A stretch of DNA of 56,707 nt, from positions 1 to 56,707 of IMG/VR virus record IMGVR_UViG_3300043608_000028, one strand, 5' to 3'. Every line of letters starts with the position of its first letter. Within the stretch, counting starts at the first letter, position 1. Position numbers and translations under genes: made by a program. The notes under the pieces were generated by a model. The model made no database searches, was not told where the DNA came from, and saw nothing but the letters and a program-made list of their open reading frames with translations. Shown one piece after another: positions 33,666-43,591 of this stretch. The stretch is from a virus (Duplodnaviria > Caudoviricetes).

Positions 33666-34198
33666 TGCCTGGACCCCCACCGAAGGCCGCGCGCCTGCGC
33701 CAGCGGACGAACAAAGTCTCGACGACCGCGACCCTGCCCCCGGACGGCCATGTCCCGACCCGCGAGATGCCGCCGCTGCCGGTGCGGGAGTGCCGCCCCT
33801 GCGATGGCGTCGGGAAGTTCAAGGCTGAAGGGGCGAAGCAGCCGACGCCCTGCACCTCGTGTGCGGGCTCAGGGGTTTGGGATTGGCACGAGCGGACGCA
33901 GGCGATGTGGGCGCGGCTGTGGCGCTCGCCAATGGCGGGCGAGTACGTCGAGGCCGACATCGACAGGGCATTCATCATGGCCGACCTGGTGGACCGCTAC
34001 TGGTGGGGCGAGACCGAGCTGGCCGCGGAGATCCGGCTCCAGGGCCAGTGCTTCGGCACGTCCCCGCTTGACCGGCGCCGGCTTCAGTGGGAGATCGGGA
34101 AGGTCGAAGAGCAGGCGAAGCGACGGCCGCCGCAGGAAGCTCCGGCGGGCCGAGGCAAGCGTCGCGCGCCGCTCAGCTACCTGAGGGCGGTCAAGTGA
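33665..34198 (+). CDS. terS: terminase small subunit
   Basis: MPGPPPK, W..LW.SP.A, AEIRL....FG.SPLDRRRLQWEI; precedes terL. Confidence 0.85.
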   Translation: MPGPPPKAARLRQRTNKVSTTATLPPDGHVPTREMPPLPVRECRPCDGVGKFKAEGAKQPTPCTSCAGSGVWDWHERTQAMWARLWRSPMAGEYVEADIDRAFIMADLVDRYWWGETELAAEIRLQGQCFGTSPLDRRRLQWEIGKVEEQAKRRPPQEAPAGRGKRRAPLSYLRAVK

Positions 34199-35847
34199 TC
34201 ATCTGCGTCCCAGAGATCGAGCCGCCGAAGAAGGCGTGGCCATCGCTCGGCCCGCAGGTCGTGGAGTTCATCGAGGCGAACCTCGTCTTCGGCCCTGGCG
34301 ATCTGCGCGGCATGCCGGCCCGAGTGGACGACGAGAAGCGCGACCTGATCCACCGAGCCTACGAGGTTTACCCAAAGAGTCACGCCCTCGCGGGTCGGCG
34401 CCGCTTCAAGCGAGTCGCCTGGAGCCTGCGGAAGGGGAGCGCGAAGACCGAGTTGGCGGCATGGATTGCGGCGTGCGAGCTCAGCGACCGGGCTCCGGTG
34501 CGCACCATCGGCTGGGAAGGAAAGAAGCCCGTCGGCGGGCCCGTCTCCGACCCCTACATTCCCATGATGGCCTACACCGAGGACCAGTCTGAAGAGCTGG
34601 CCTACGGAGCCCTGCGCGTGATCCTTGAGAACAGCGAGATCGCGAGCGATTTCGACATCGGTCTAGACCGAATCATGCGTGTCCGTGGTGACGGCAAGGC
34701 TGAGGCCGTGGCCTCGGCGCCGAACAGCAATGACGGGGCTCGCACGACCTGGCAGCACTTCGACGAATCTCACCGGATGACGCTGCCCCGGATCAAGCAG
34801 GCGCACCAGGCCATGCTCGCCAACACCCCCAAGCGCAAACTCGCGGATGCATGGAGCCTGGAGACCACGACTGCTTTTTCTCCAGGGGAAATGAGCGTTG
34901 CCGAGGACACCTGGGGCTACGCGCAGGAGATCCTGGAGGGGAAGAAGAAGGACGCCAAGCTGTTCTTCTTTCACCGCCAAGCATCGACCGAGCATGACCT
35001 CACGACGAAGAAGGGCCTCCGCGCCGCCATCGCGGAGGCATCCGGCCCCGTGGCGGAGTGGTCGGATCTTGCCGGGATCGAGGACCAGTTTGCAGACCCC
35101 ACCCGGGATCGGACCTATCTCGAGCGCGTCTGGCTGAACCGTCCGACGCGGTCGGCGGATACCGCTTTCGACTCGACGCGGTGGGCAGCGCTGGCGAAGC
35201 CTCACCTCGTCCCGAAGAGAGCCGCCATCACGCTTGGCTTCGATGGTTCCCGTTCCATCGACGCGACCGGGCTCGTGGGGACCGAGATCGTCACCGGCTA
35301 CCAGTGGGTGCTCGGCGTCTGGGAGCGGCCGGCCAACGTGAAGGACTGGAAGGTTCCAGTAGCCGAGGTCAACGCACTGGTCGAGCACGCCTTTGCTTAT
35401 TGGGATGTCTGGCGCCTCTACGCCGACCCGCCCTACTGGGAGGACGTAATCGCCGAGTGGATGGCGAAGCACAACCCGGAGGAGATCGCCGAAGCCCGCG
35501 TCGTGAAGTGGTATACGGCCAGCTCCAACGCCAGGAAGATGGCCTCCGCCGTCCTGGCCTACGCCAACGCGATCTCGCAGGAGGACGTGCAGGCGGCCGC
35601 GCTCTCGCACGACGGGAACGAGGCCTTCGCCCGGCACATCGCGAACGCCCACAAGCGATCCTCGCAGCTCAAGGACGAAAGGGGCGTCCCGATGTGGACG
35701 ATCCAGAAGGAGCGACCCGACTCGCCGAAGAAGATCGACCTCGCCATGGCGGGGATCTTGTCGTGGCAGGCGCGAATGGATGCGCGCGCCCTCGGCGTGG
35801 GGAATGCCCCTCCGAAGCAGAGCTACAAGGTGGAGTTCGCAGGATGA
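34195..35847 (+). CDS. terL: terminase large subunit
   Basis: RKGSAKTE, FDESH, LGFDGS..IDAT, KKIDLAMA. Confidence 0.95.
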   Translation: MIICVPEIEPPKKAWPSLGPQVVEFIEANLVFGPGDLRGMPARVDDEKRDLIHRAYEVYPKSHALAGRRRFKRVAWSLRKGSAKTELAAWIAACELSDRAPVRTIGWEGKKPVGGPVSDPYIPMMAYTEDQSEELAYGALRVILENSEIASDFDIGLDRIMRVRGDGKAEAVASAPNSNDGARTTWQHFDESHRMTLPRIKQAHQAMLANTPKRKLADAWSLETTTAFSPGEMSVAEDTWGYAQEILEGKKKDAKLFFFHRQASTEHDLTTKKGLRAAIAEASGPVAEWSDLAGIEDQFADPTRDRTYLERVWLNRPTRSADTAFDSTRWAALAKPHLVPKRAAITLGFDGSRSIDATGLVGTEIVTGYQWVLGVWERPANVKDWKVPVAEVNALVEHAFAYWDVWRLYADPPYWEDVIAEWMAKHNPEEIAEARVVKWYTASSNARKMASAVLAYANAISQEDVQAAALSHDGNEAFARHIANAHKRSSQLKDERGVPMWTIQKERPDSPKKIDLAMAGILSWQARMDARALGVGNAPPKQSYKVEFAG

Positions 35848-36026
35848 AGGGCATCGGAGCGTGGCTAGCCGCCCAGCGGTTCGACCTCCTGGCTCTCGCC
35901 GGCGCTGGATCGCTTGGCGGCGGCGTCTGGGCGCAGTGGGGGCAGCCCTGGGCGTGGATGCTGTGGGGCGTCCTGGCCCTGGCGGTGTTCGTGAATCACG
36001 GCTTGAGCCTTCGGAGGGGGGCCTAG
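35844..36026 (+). CDS. small membrane protein between terL and portal
   Basis: Two hydrophobic segments; common gene at this position. Confidence 0.7.
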   Translation: MKGIGAWLAAQRFDLLALAGAGSLGGGVWAQWGQPWAWMLWGVLALAVFVNHGLSLRRGA

Positions 36027-37712
36027 ATGGGCATGCTCACCGAGTCCTTTGCGCCCCGAGCTCAGGCCAGCGCCGGAGCCGGCCCGATCGACGAGTTCTG
36101 GTACCGCGACATCTCCGGCTACCTGGCCGAGACCGGCTCCTCCGGGATCGGCCTATCCGCCGAGACGATCCTGAACTGCTCGACCGTGCTGGCCGCGGTT
36201 CGGTTCCGTGGGGACTCCTGGGCGATGTGCCCGCCGGCCACCTTCCGAAAGACGCCCAGTGGCCGACAGGAGGACCCCACGCACTATTCCCAGCGCGTGC
36301 TCCGGAAGCCGAACACGTGGCAGACCGGGAACCGCTGGCGGCACCTCAACGGCGTCTGGATGGCGACGTGGGGGAACGCCTACAACGAGATCGTCGCGGG
36401 CGCCTCCACGTTCGCGAAGGAACTGCGACCGTTGCATCCGTCGCGCTGCCGCGTCGCGGACCAGAGGTCTGACGGGACCCTGGTCTATCGCTACGAGCCG
36501 GCCGGCGAGGACGCGCGCACGCTTGGCCAGGAGAAGGTGCTGCACTTCAGGGACCTGAGCACGGACGGGCTCAGCGGCGTGCCGATGTACAAGCTGATCC
36601 GGAACGTGGTGGGGATCGCACTCCTGGCAGAGCGGCATGCATCGACGTTCCTGCGCAAGGGTGCCCGATCGGCCGGGGTTATCGTCCCGGATCGACCGCT
36701 CGCTCCAGAGGAAAGGTCCGACCTCATCGACTCCATCAATAAAGGCTTCGGCGGAGTCCAGAACAGCGGGACCTACGGGCTACTGCCGCACGGCGTCAAG
36801 CTCGAAGAGGCCCCTACCTCGACGAACCGCGACGGCCAGGTGCTCGAGATCGGCGACCAGGTCGTCCGGGCGCTGCTTCAATTCATGGGGGTTCCCGGAG
36901 TCGTCGTGGGGTTTGCCGACAAGACGGCGACCTACGCCAGCGCCAAGGAGTTCTTCGAGAGCGGCGGGATCAAGCACTGCGTGCTCCCGATCCTGTCGAA
37001 TGTCGAAGCCGAGGAGGATGCCGCCCTGCTCGTTGAGGGCGATGGGCGCTTCATCAAGCATAACCTCGACGTCCTGCTCCGGGCCAACACGATCGACCGC
37101 TTCAGCGCGCTCTTTAAGGCCGTGGGTGGCCCCTGGATGACCGTCAACGAGGCGCGGCGGGTCGAGGACATGAACGAGGACCCGGATCCCCGCCACGACG
37201 AGATCCTCACGCCCGCGAACATGTCACCGCGTGACGATCCGGAGCCGGACGACGAGCCTGGCGCCCAGCCGCCCGTCCCGAACCCGATCGAGCCGGAGCC
37301 GGAGGGGGAGATGCGCCGTCCGACCGTGGCCCCGAAGGCGCTGAAGCCGGCGCCGCCGGAGTCCGAGGACGAGCAGGCGGCGCGGGCCAAGCTCCTGGCC
37401 GAGCAGTTCGCGCTCGACGCTGCTGCTCGGGTCGTCCGGCGAGAGATCGCTGCCGTGAAGGGGCCGAACGGCGGCGGCGCCGCGGTGAAGTACGCGAAAG
37501 ACCCGGAGAAGTGGCGCGCCTGGGCGCTCGACTGGTACGCCAAGCACGAGAGCCACGTGGCCGAGACGCTCCACATCCCAGCGGAAGCGGCCCGCGCCTA
37601 CGCGACGGCCCAGCGGGACGCCCTCCTGGCCGGCGGTGTGGCCGTGGTTGAGACGTGGGAAGAAACCGTGCCGCACCGGCTGGCGGCCCTGGTATTGGAG
37701 GGGACATGCTGA
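36027..37712 (+). CDS. portal protein (HK97 family) with C-terminal extension
   Basis: KPN.WQT, GNAY, PLHPSR, VLHFR, DGLSG, WMTVNEARRVEDM. Confidence 0.95.
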   Translation: MGMLTESFAPRAQASAGAGPIDEFWYRDISGYLAETGSSGIGLSAETILNCSTVLAAVRFRGDSWAMCPPATFRKTPSGRQEDPTHYSQRVLRKPNTWQTGNRWRHLNGVWMATWGNAYNEIVAGASTFAKELRPLHPSRCRVADQRSDGTLVYRYEPAGEDARTLGQEKVLHFRDLSTDGLSGVPMYKLIRNVVGIALLAERHASTFLRKGARSAGVIVPDRPLAPEERSDLIDSINKGFGGVQNSGTYGLLPHGVKLEEAPTSTNRDGQVLEIGDQVVRALLQFMGVPGVVVGFADKTATYASAKEFFESGGIKHCVLPILSNVEAEEDAALLVEGDGRFIKHNLDVLLRANTIDRFSALFKAVGGPWMTVNEARRVEDMNEDPDPRHDEILTPANMSPRDDPEPDDEPGAQPPVPNPIEPEPEGEMRRPTVAPKALKPAPPESEDEQAARAKLLAEQFALDAAARVVRREIAAVKGPNGGGAAVKYAKDPEKWRAWALDWYAKHESHVAETLHIPAEAARAYATAQRDALLAGGVAVVETWEETVPHRLAALVLEGTC

Positions 37713-38749
37713 GCCTCATCGACAAGATCGCCGGGCGCCCGTGGGCCGTGGATGGCCGTCTCGCCGCCCAGGTGCGCGCCATCGTCGTCCGGGACGGGTT
37801 CAGCGGCCTCCGGGCCCTGGCCGAGCTCAAGGGCGGGATCCATGCCTTCGACGAGGACGAGCGGAACGAGCGCCAGGCGGCGCGCCGCGGTGGCGGCCGC
37901 CAGCGTGCCGGCGGAATCGCCGTCGTCCGGGTGATCGGCACCATGACCCAGCGGGCCGAAGTCATCAACAGCGTGGAGACGCGCTCCACGGCATCCGTAG
38001 CCGAGGAAGTAGCGGAGGCCGTTGCCGACTCGGAAGTCGATGCCGTGGTGCTCGAGATCGACAGCCCCGGCGGCGAGGTGTTCGGAGTCCCCGAGGCTTG
38101 GGCCGCGATCCGCGCCGCGGCGAAGCAGAAGCCCGTCGTCGCCTCCGCGAACAGCCTGATGGCCTCTGCCGCCCTCTACGTGGCGTCCGCGGCCTCCGAA
38201 ATTTGGGTGACGCCGTCAGGCGAGGTGGGATCGGTCGGGGTCTACGCCCTGCACGTGGACGCCTCCAAGGCCCTCGAGGACATGGGCGAGAAGTGGGAGT
38301 TCGTCGAGGCCGACGACTCGCCCTACAAGGTAGAGGGGAATCCCGCAGCCCCGCTGTCCGTGGAGGGTAGGGCGCAGATCAAGAAGGCGGTGAACCGCTA
38401 CATGGGCTACTTCGTGCGCGACCTCGCAAAGGGGCGCGGCGTCAGTGAGCACCACGTCAAGGAGAAGTTCGGCAAGGGCCGGATGCTGGGTCCTGAGGAG
38501 GCCGTGGCGGCGCGCCTGGTGGACCGGGTGGGCACCCTCGAGCAGGCGATCCGCCGGGCCGGTGAGATGGCAACGGAGCGGCGCCGCGGCGCGGCCCTGC
38601 CGGCGGCCGAGGTGGATGCGCCCGAGGTCACGGCCGAGGCGCCCGAGGCGCCCGCAGCGCCACCTACGGCGCCGGTCGTGGACGCGGCGGGGGAGCTGGA
38701 GGCCAGGTCTCGGGCAGCCGCGCTGGAGGCCCTGCGGGGCAGCCTGTAG
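37706..38749 (+). CDS. S49-family head maturation protease
   Basis: IDSPGG, MASAALYVAS, VGSVGV, GLVD-like RLVDRVG. Confidence 0.92.
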   Translation: MLSLIDKIAGRPWAVDGRLAAQVRAIVVRDGFSGLRALAELKGGIHAFDEDERNERQAARRGGGRQRAGGIAVVRVIGTMTQRAEVINSVETRSTASVAEEVAEAVADSEVDAVVLEIDSPGGEVFGVPEAWAAIRAAAKQKPVVASANSLMASAALYVASAASEIWVTPSGEVGSVGVYALHVDASKALEDMGEKWEFVEADDSPYKVEGNPAAPLSVEGRAQIKKAVNRYMGYFVRDLAKGRGVSEHHVKEKFGKGRMLGPEEAVAARLVDRVGTLEQAIRRAGEMATERRRGAALPAAEVDAPEVTAEAPEAPAAPPTAPVVDAAGELEARSRAAALEALRGSL

Positions 38750-38756
38750 GCCCGCC

Positions 38757-39035
38757 ATGACCCGCCAGGAGATCCTCGACCGGCTGGAAGACCCAGCCCC
38801 CATGACCCAGACCGAGCTCGGGGAGATGATCCACTACACGCTGCCCACGATCCGGAAGCTGATCGCGCAGGACGACATCCAGACGGTGGGCATCGCCGGG
38901 CTGCGAAACCGCCGCATCCCGATCTCCGAGGTGCGACGCATCCTCGCTGAGCTTCGAATGCTCCAGGATCCGGTGGAAAAAGTGGCGTTGACTGAAAAAA
39001 TGGGAAGGACACCCTTGCGCGCGGTGAGCGCGTAG
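38757..39035 (+). CDS. small excisionase/MerR-like HTH protein in the head operon
   Basis: MTQTELGEMIHYTLPTIRKLIAQDDIQTV.....RRIPISEVRRIL. Confidence 0.7.
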   Translation: MTRQEILDRLEDPAPMTQTELGEMIHYTLPTIRKLIAQDDIQTVGIAGLRNRRIPISEVRRILAELRMLQDPVEKVALTEKMGRTPLRAVSA

Positions 39036-39044
39036 CCCTACCCT
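39015..39044 (+). promoter_or_regulatory. possible capsid promoter TTGCGC-18-TACCCT
   Basis: sigma70-like spacing ahead of a 160-nt leader. Confidence 0.35.
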
Positions 39045-39120
39045 CCAAGACGTAGACGACAGGGCCACCGCCCAAAGGCGCGAAGGCCCGCCACGGCCCG
39101 CGAAAAGGCTGCCTCCCACG

Positions 39121-39173
39121 AGAGCGCTGAGCGGGTACCGAGAAATCGAGTTCTCGGTGCCAGCCAGCGCTCT
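39121..39173 (+). promoter_or_regulatory. long hairpin in the major capsid leader
   Basis: AGAGCGCTG/CAGCGCTCT outer and GGTACCGAGAA/TTCTCGGTGCC inner stems, then TTCTGCGTT. Confidence 0.65.
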
Positions 39174-39204
39174 TTCTGCGTTGCCGGGCACCCAGGAGGT
39201 TGCG

Positions 39205-40677
39205 ATGGCCGTGAAGATCAACGAGCTCAAGGAAGCACTCATCGACGCGAAGGCGACCGTCCGGAGCAACGAGAAGTCGCTCGACACGCTGCTCGCCGAG
39301 CAGGCCGCGGCCAAGGGCGCGTACACCGGCCTCCTCAAGAAGCAGGCCGAAGGCAAGCTGGACAAGGACGCGGAACCGCAGCTCGCGGAGGCGGAGAAGG
39401 CCTTCCAGGTCTTCGAAGGTCGGATCTCGGCGGCCCGCAAGCTGGTCGCCAGCGCCAAGGACGAAGTCGCCGAGGCCGAGAAGGCGGTCATGGCCGAGGA
39501 GAAGCGGCTGGAGGCCGAGGACAAGACCCTGGCCGAGAACCCCTCGGGCCGGATCGCGGTCGCCGTACCCAACGCGGCGAAGGACCCGAAGCGCGGATTC
39601 GAAAGCCACAAGGACTACCTGAGCGCCGTCATGCGCTACGGGGCCTCCGGCGGGCGGGTCTACGACGACCGGCTCAAGCCGCTGGCCACCGTGCGCGTGA
39701 TCGGGTTCGGATCCGATCAGGGCAAGGGCCCCTTCGCGACGGCCGGCTCCGACGAGCAGGGTGTCTACAGCGACCCGCACGGCGGCTTCCTGGTCCCGGT
39801 GGGCGTGGCCCCCGGGATCATGTCGGTCGCGCCCGAGGACGACCCGCTGGCGGGCCTCATCACGAACATCCCGATGATGGCCCCGACTGTGAAGATGAAC
39901 GCCCGCGTGGACAAGGACCACTCCACCAGCGTCAGCGGGGGCCTGACCGTCACCCGCAAGCCGGAGACGGTGGACGCCAGCTCGAGCCGGATGAGCTTCG
40001 AGCAGATCACCATGACGGCGCACGACGAGTTCGGTCTCGCGTTCGCCTCGGAGCAGGTCCTTCAGGACTCGCCCCAGTCCTTCGTCGCCATCCTGCAGGC
40101 GGGCTTCCGCGACGAGTACGTCGCCGCGGCGATGAACGAGCGGATCAACGGGACCGGGGTCGGGGAGCGGCTGGGGGTCCTCAACAGCCCCTGCCTCATC
40201 AGCGTGTCGAAGGAAGTGGGCCAGGCGGCCGCGACGATCACCAAGGAGAACATCGACAAGATGGAGGCGCGGTCCTGGAAATACAGCCGCGCGGCATGGC
40301 TCGCGAACCACAACACCCGGCCCCAGCTCAAGAGCCTGGTGCAGGTCGTGGGCGCGGGCGGAAACGCGGTTCCCTACTTCGCGTTCAACGCGGCCGGCGG
40401 TGGCGAGACGCTCTCCGGTCGGCCGATCTTCTTCACCGAGTTCGCGAAGACGCTCGGCACCGTGGGCGACCTGATCCTCGGCGTCTGGTCCGAATACCTC
40501 GAAGGCCAGTACCAGAGCGAGCAGTACGCGGAATCGATCCACGTGCGGTTCGCCGCGGCGGAGCGGGCGTTCCGCTTCTACCGACGGAACGACGGGCAGC
40601 CGTGGTGGAGGTCCGCGCTCACCCCCAAGAACGGCTCCACGCTGTCGCCGTTCGTGGCCCTGGCGACCCGGGCGTAG
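39205..40677 (+). CDS. major capsid protein (HK97 fold) with N-terminal coiled-coil scaffold
   Basis: GGFLVP, INGTGVGE.LG, TLSGRPI, GDLILG, R.DGQPW, SPFVAL; GGAGG RBS. Confidence 0.95.
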   Translation: MAVKINELKEALIDAKATVRSNEKSLDTLLAEQAAAKGAYTGLLKKQAEGKLDKDAEPQLAEAEKAFQVFEGRISAARKLVASAKDEVAEAEKAVMAEEKRLEAEDKTLAENPSGRIAVAVPNAAKDPKRGFESHKDYLSAVMRYGASGGRVYDDRLKPLATVRVIGFGSDQGKGPFATAGSDEQGVYSDPHGGFLVPVGVAPGIMSVAPEDDPLAGLITNIPMMAPTVKMNARVDKDHSTSVSGGLTVTRKPETVDASSSRMSFEQITMTAHDEFGLAFASEQVLQDSPQSFVAILQAGFRDEYVAAAMNERINGTGVGERLGVLNSPCLISVSKEVGQAAATITKENIDKMEARSWKYSRAAWLANHNTRPQLKSLVQVVGAGGNAVPYFAFNAAGGGETLSGRPIFFTEFAKTLGTVGDLILGVWSEYLEGQYQSEQYAESIHVRFAAAERAFRFYRRNDGQPWWRSALTPKNGSTLSPFVALATRA

Positions 40678-40704
40678 GCCACAGGCAAAGAAGGAGCTGA
40701 TCGA

Positions 40705-41139
40705 ATGACCGCCACCTACAACCACCTCAAGAGCCGGATGGTCGTGCGCACTTACGCGGACGACCCCGCAGACGCGACCGTCGCCAGGAAGATCGCCTGG
40801 GTACCGATGGGCGAGCGCTTCCTGGCCCTGGCCACCCTGATCTCGGGGACCGGAATCCTGACCTTCAAGATCTTCGCGGGGACCGACTCCTCGGGGGCCG
40901 GAGCCACCGTGGTCAAGGCCCACGCCGATCCGACCGTGGCCGATGCCGCGGGCGACCAGGTGACCCTGGAGGTCTCGGCCGAAGAGGTCAAGGCCGCGCT
41001 CTCCGGCGCCACCCACGTCTCCGTCGAGATGGACAACGACGTAAACAGCGACATCAACGCGGTGACTTACGTCATGGACGGCGCGCTGGCCGGTGGTCGC
41101 TTCCAGTTCGACGGGCTCACCGCGGACGTGATCGCGTAG
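40705..41139 (+). CDS. probable capsid decoration/cement protein
   Basis: Small beta-rich protein directly after the MCP; AAGGAG RBS. Confidence 0.6.
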   Translation: MTATYNHLKSRMVVRTYADDPADATVARKIAWVPMGERFLALATLISGTGILTFKIFAGTDSSGAGATVVKAHADPTVADAAGDQVTLEVSAEEVKAALSGATHVSVEMDNDVNSDINAVTYVMDGALAGGRFQFDGLTADVIA

Positions 41140-41153
41140 TTCTTTCGCTCACC

Positions 41154-41183
41154 CCCGCCGGGTCGGTAGGCGCGCCCGGCGGG
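41154..41183 (+). terminator. GC stem-loop after the capsid genes (terminator or mRNA stabiliser)
   Basis: CCCGCCGGG...CCCGGCGGG; no clear U-tract. Confidence 0.45.
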
Positions 41184-41226
41184 AAACAGGTCAGCGCCAT
41201 ACACAGGTCAACGAAAGGAACCCTGA

Positions 41227-42159
41227 ATGGCACGCACGGCACTCTTCGCACGAACCCAGCCCGGCGGTCTCGCCACGGTGGACGATCTCGGGGAACATCC
41301 GGGCGAGATCCTCTTCGTCCACAGCGGGACCGGCGTCAACCAGGCCGGGGGCGGCCGTAGTCTGGACGCACCCCTCGCAACCGTCGACTACGCCATCGGC
41401 CTCTGCACCGCGAACAAGGGCGACGTGATCTACGTCCTGCCCGGACACGCGGAGAGCTTCAGCGCCGCGGACGGGTTCGACGTGGACGTCGCCGGCGTGA
41501 AGGTGATCGGCCTCGGCTGGGGCTCCCAGCGGCCCACATTCACGTTCGCCGACACCGACGCCACGGTCGCCATCGGGGCCGCCAGCGTCTGGCTGCAGAA
41601 TCTCCGCTTCGTCGCCGGGCTCTCCGCGGTCGTTGTGGGGGTAAACGTCGAAGCCGCCGGCGTGGCCTGCACCATCAAGGACTGCGAGTGGTACTGGGGC
41701 GGGACCACGGGCTGGGACTTCCTCCAGTCCTTGAACATCAACGTGGGCGCGCACCGTGCCACCGTCGAGGGCTGCAAGTTCCTCGCGGAGCCGGCGGTGG
41801 CCGGCGCCTCGACCGCGATCCAGCTCGTCGGTGCCGTCCACAACGTGACCGTGGAACGGTGCCAGTTCATGGGCGACTACTCGCTGGCCTGCATGAGCGC
41901 GATCACGACCCTCTCCCAGCACCTGATCTTCAAGGACAACCTGGTCCACAACACGGACGCGGGGGAGCCCTATCTCGAGGTCATCACCGGGACGACCGGG
42001 ATCATCACGGGAACCCGCGGCCAGGCCGGCGGCGCGACGGTCGCGGCGAACGCCGTTGCGGACGCCATGTCCCACTGCGAGAACTTCGTCACCAATACGA
42101 CCGGGACGATCGCGATCGTCAAGGGTGCGGGCGGCTCGCCGGCGCTGGACGCCGACTGA
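41227..42159 (+). CDS. parallel beta-helix (pectin-lyase-like) virion protein, possibly a head spike
   Basis: PLATVDYAIGLCTANKGDVIYVLPGHAE; repeated V.xxC.F rungs; no signal peptide. Confidence 0.7.
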   Translation: MARTALFARTQPGGLATVDDLGEHPGEILFVHSGTGVNQAGGGRSLDAPLATVDYAIGLCTANKGDVIYVLPGHAESFSAADGFDVDVAGVKVIGLGWGSQRPTFTFADTDATVAIGAASVWLQNLRFVAGLSAVVVGVNVEAAGVACTIKDCEWYWGGTTGWDFLQSLNINVGAHRATVEGCKFLAEPAVAGASTAIQLVGAVHNVTVERCQFMGDYSLACMSAITTLSQHLIFKDNLVHNTDAGEPYLEVITGTTGIITGTRGQAGGATVAANAVADAMSHCENFVTNTTGTIAIVKGAGGSPALDAD

Positions 42160-42179
42160 GAGCCTGAGTAGGCATCGGG

Positions 42180-42806
42180 TTGTGGAAGCTCTCTCTCATC
42201 ACGCCGGCCGGGGCGGAACCGCTCGACCTGACCACCGAGGTCAAGCAGCAGCTCCGCCTCGAGACGGCGGAGATGGAAGCCCAGGCGGCGGTCCTGGCCG
42301 CGTACATCGCGGCAGCTCGGCGCAACTGCGAGAACGACACCGGGCGCCAGCTAATCGAGGCGACGTGGGACCTCATCATGGATTGCTGGACCGAAGCGGG
42401 GATCTACCGCTGCGAGAACGGAATCGAGCGGTTGCGGCTCCCGAAGCCTCCAGTCTCGGCCATCACCCACGTCAAGTACCGGGACACGGCGGGCGTCGAG
42501 CAGACCTGGGCAGCGTCGAACTACATCACGTTCCTGCCGGCCGGGGAGACCGCGGCCCGCGCCGAGATTGCGCTGGCCTACGGGGCGTTTTGGCCCACGC
42601 TCCAGGCTCGGGCGCAGGCGGTGACCATCCGCTTCGTGACCGGCTACGGCGCTGCCTACTCCGACGCGCCCAAGGCACTCCGTGCCGGAATGCTCCTGCA
42701 CGTCGCCGAGATGTACGAGCGGCGCTCGGAAGCGACCATCGGCACCATCCAGTCCACCAACGCGCTAACGGCGGAGAAGCTCTGGTGGCCGTTCAGGACG
42801 TGGTGA
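42180..42806 (+). CDS. head-tail adaptor (gp6/gp15-like)
   Basis: EPLDL.EVK.QLR, IAAAR..CE..TGR.L, V.IRF..GYG, P..LR...LL.VA..YE.R. Confidence 0.9.
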   Translation: MWKLSLITPAGAEPLDLTTEVKQQLRLETAEMEAQAAVLAAYIAAARRNCENDTGRQLIEATWDLIMDCWTEAGIYRCENGIERLRLPKPPVSAITHVKYRDTAGVEQTWAASNYITFLPAGETAARAEIALAYGAFWPTLQARAQAVTIRFVTGYGAAYSDAPKALRAGMLLHVAEMYERRSEATIGTIQSTNALTAEKLWWPFRTW

Positions 42807-42809
42807 CCG

Positions 42810-43157
42810 ATGGACTCCGGCAAGCGCGACAAGCTGATCAGCATCGAGCAGGCCGTCTCCACGCAGGATCCGGTCTCCGGCACCGAGTCCCTGGACTGGC
42901 ACGAGATGGCGCGCCCCTGGGCGAACGTGCGCACGCCGAACGGGTCGGAGGTGTTCCGGGCGGAGCAGCAGGTCGCGAAGGTGAACGCGATCTTCAACGT
43001 CCGTTTCCGCGAGGACGTCACGCCCACCGAGACCTTCCGCATCGTCTACGAGGGGCGCACGTACGACATCACGGCCGTGGTGCAGCCGCTGGGGGCGGCG
43101 CGGCGGACCGAGATCGAGCTCTACGGGTTCGCCCGGGCGGAAGCGCCCCCGGAGTGA
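42810..43157 (+). CDS. head closure / stopper (SPP1 gp16-like)
   Basis: GKRDKLISIEQ, WA.V...G.E, VRFR.DV, RI.Y.GR.YDI. Confidence 0.9.
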   Translation: MDSGKRDKLISIEQAVSTQDPVSGTESLDWHEMARPWANVRTPNGSEVFRAEQQVAKVNAIFNVRFREDVTPTETFRIVYEGRTYDITAVVQPLGAARRTEIELYGFARAEAPPE

Positions 43158-43161
43158 CGGC

Positions 43162-43578
43162 ATGATCCCCGAGTACGCCCTTCGCGCCGCGCTCCTGGCC
43201 GACGCCGGGATCGCAGCCCTCGTTGGCACGCGGATCTACCAGCACGACGAGGTGCCCCAGGCGAAGCCCGCGCCCGCGGTGAACACTCCCTACATCACCC
43301 TGCAGCGGATCTCGACGAGGCCCGGACTCCTGACCCTGGACCGCGACGAGGCCCTGGGCGGCCCCCGCATCCAGTTCAACTGCGTCGCGGCGACCGGCCA
43401 CGCGGCCCGGCTGCTGGCGACCCTGGTGCACGGCTTCTTCGTCGGCGGCTACGCTGAGCCCGGGATGAACCTCGCACGATTTGACGGGCGTCGCGACCCC
43501 GGCCGGGACGAAGAGACCGGGCTGTTCCTGTCGCAGATCGACGTCCTGGTGACGCTTGCCGCGGCAGAGGCCGCGTAA
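43162..43578 (+). CDS. tail terminator (DUF3168-like)
   Basis: LLAD..IAALVGTRIY....PQ, PYIT.QRIS, RIQF. Confidence 0.85.
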   Translation: MIPEYALRAALLADAGIAALVGTRIYQHDEVPQAKPAPAVNTPYITLQRISTRPGLLTLDRDEALGGPRIQFNCVAATGHAARLLATLVHGFFVGGYAEPGMNLARFDGRRDPGRDEETGLFLSQIDVLVTLAAAEAA

Positions 43579-43591
43579 GGAGAAGGACCCC

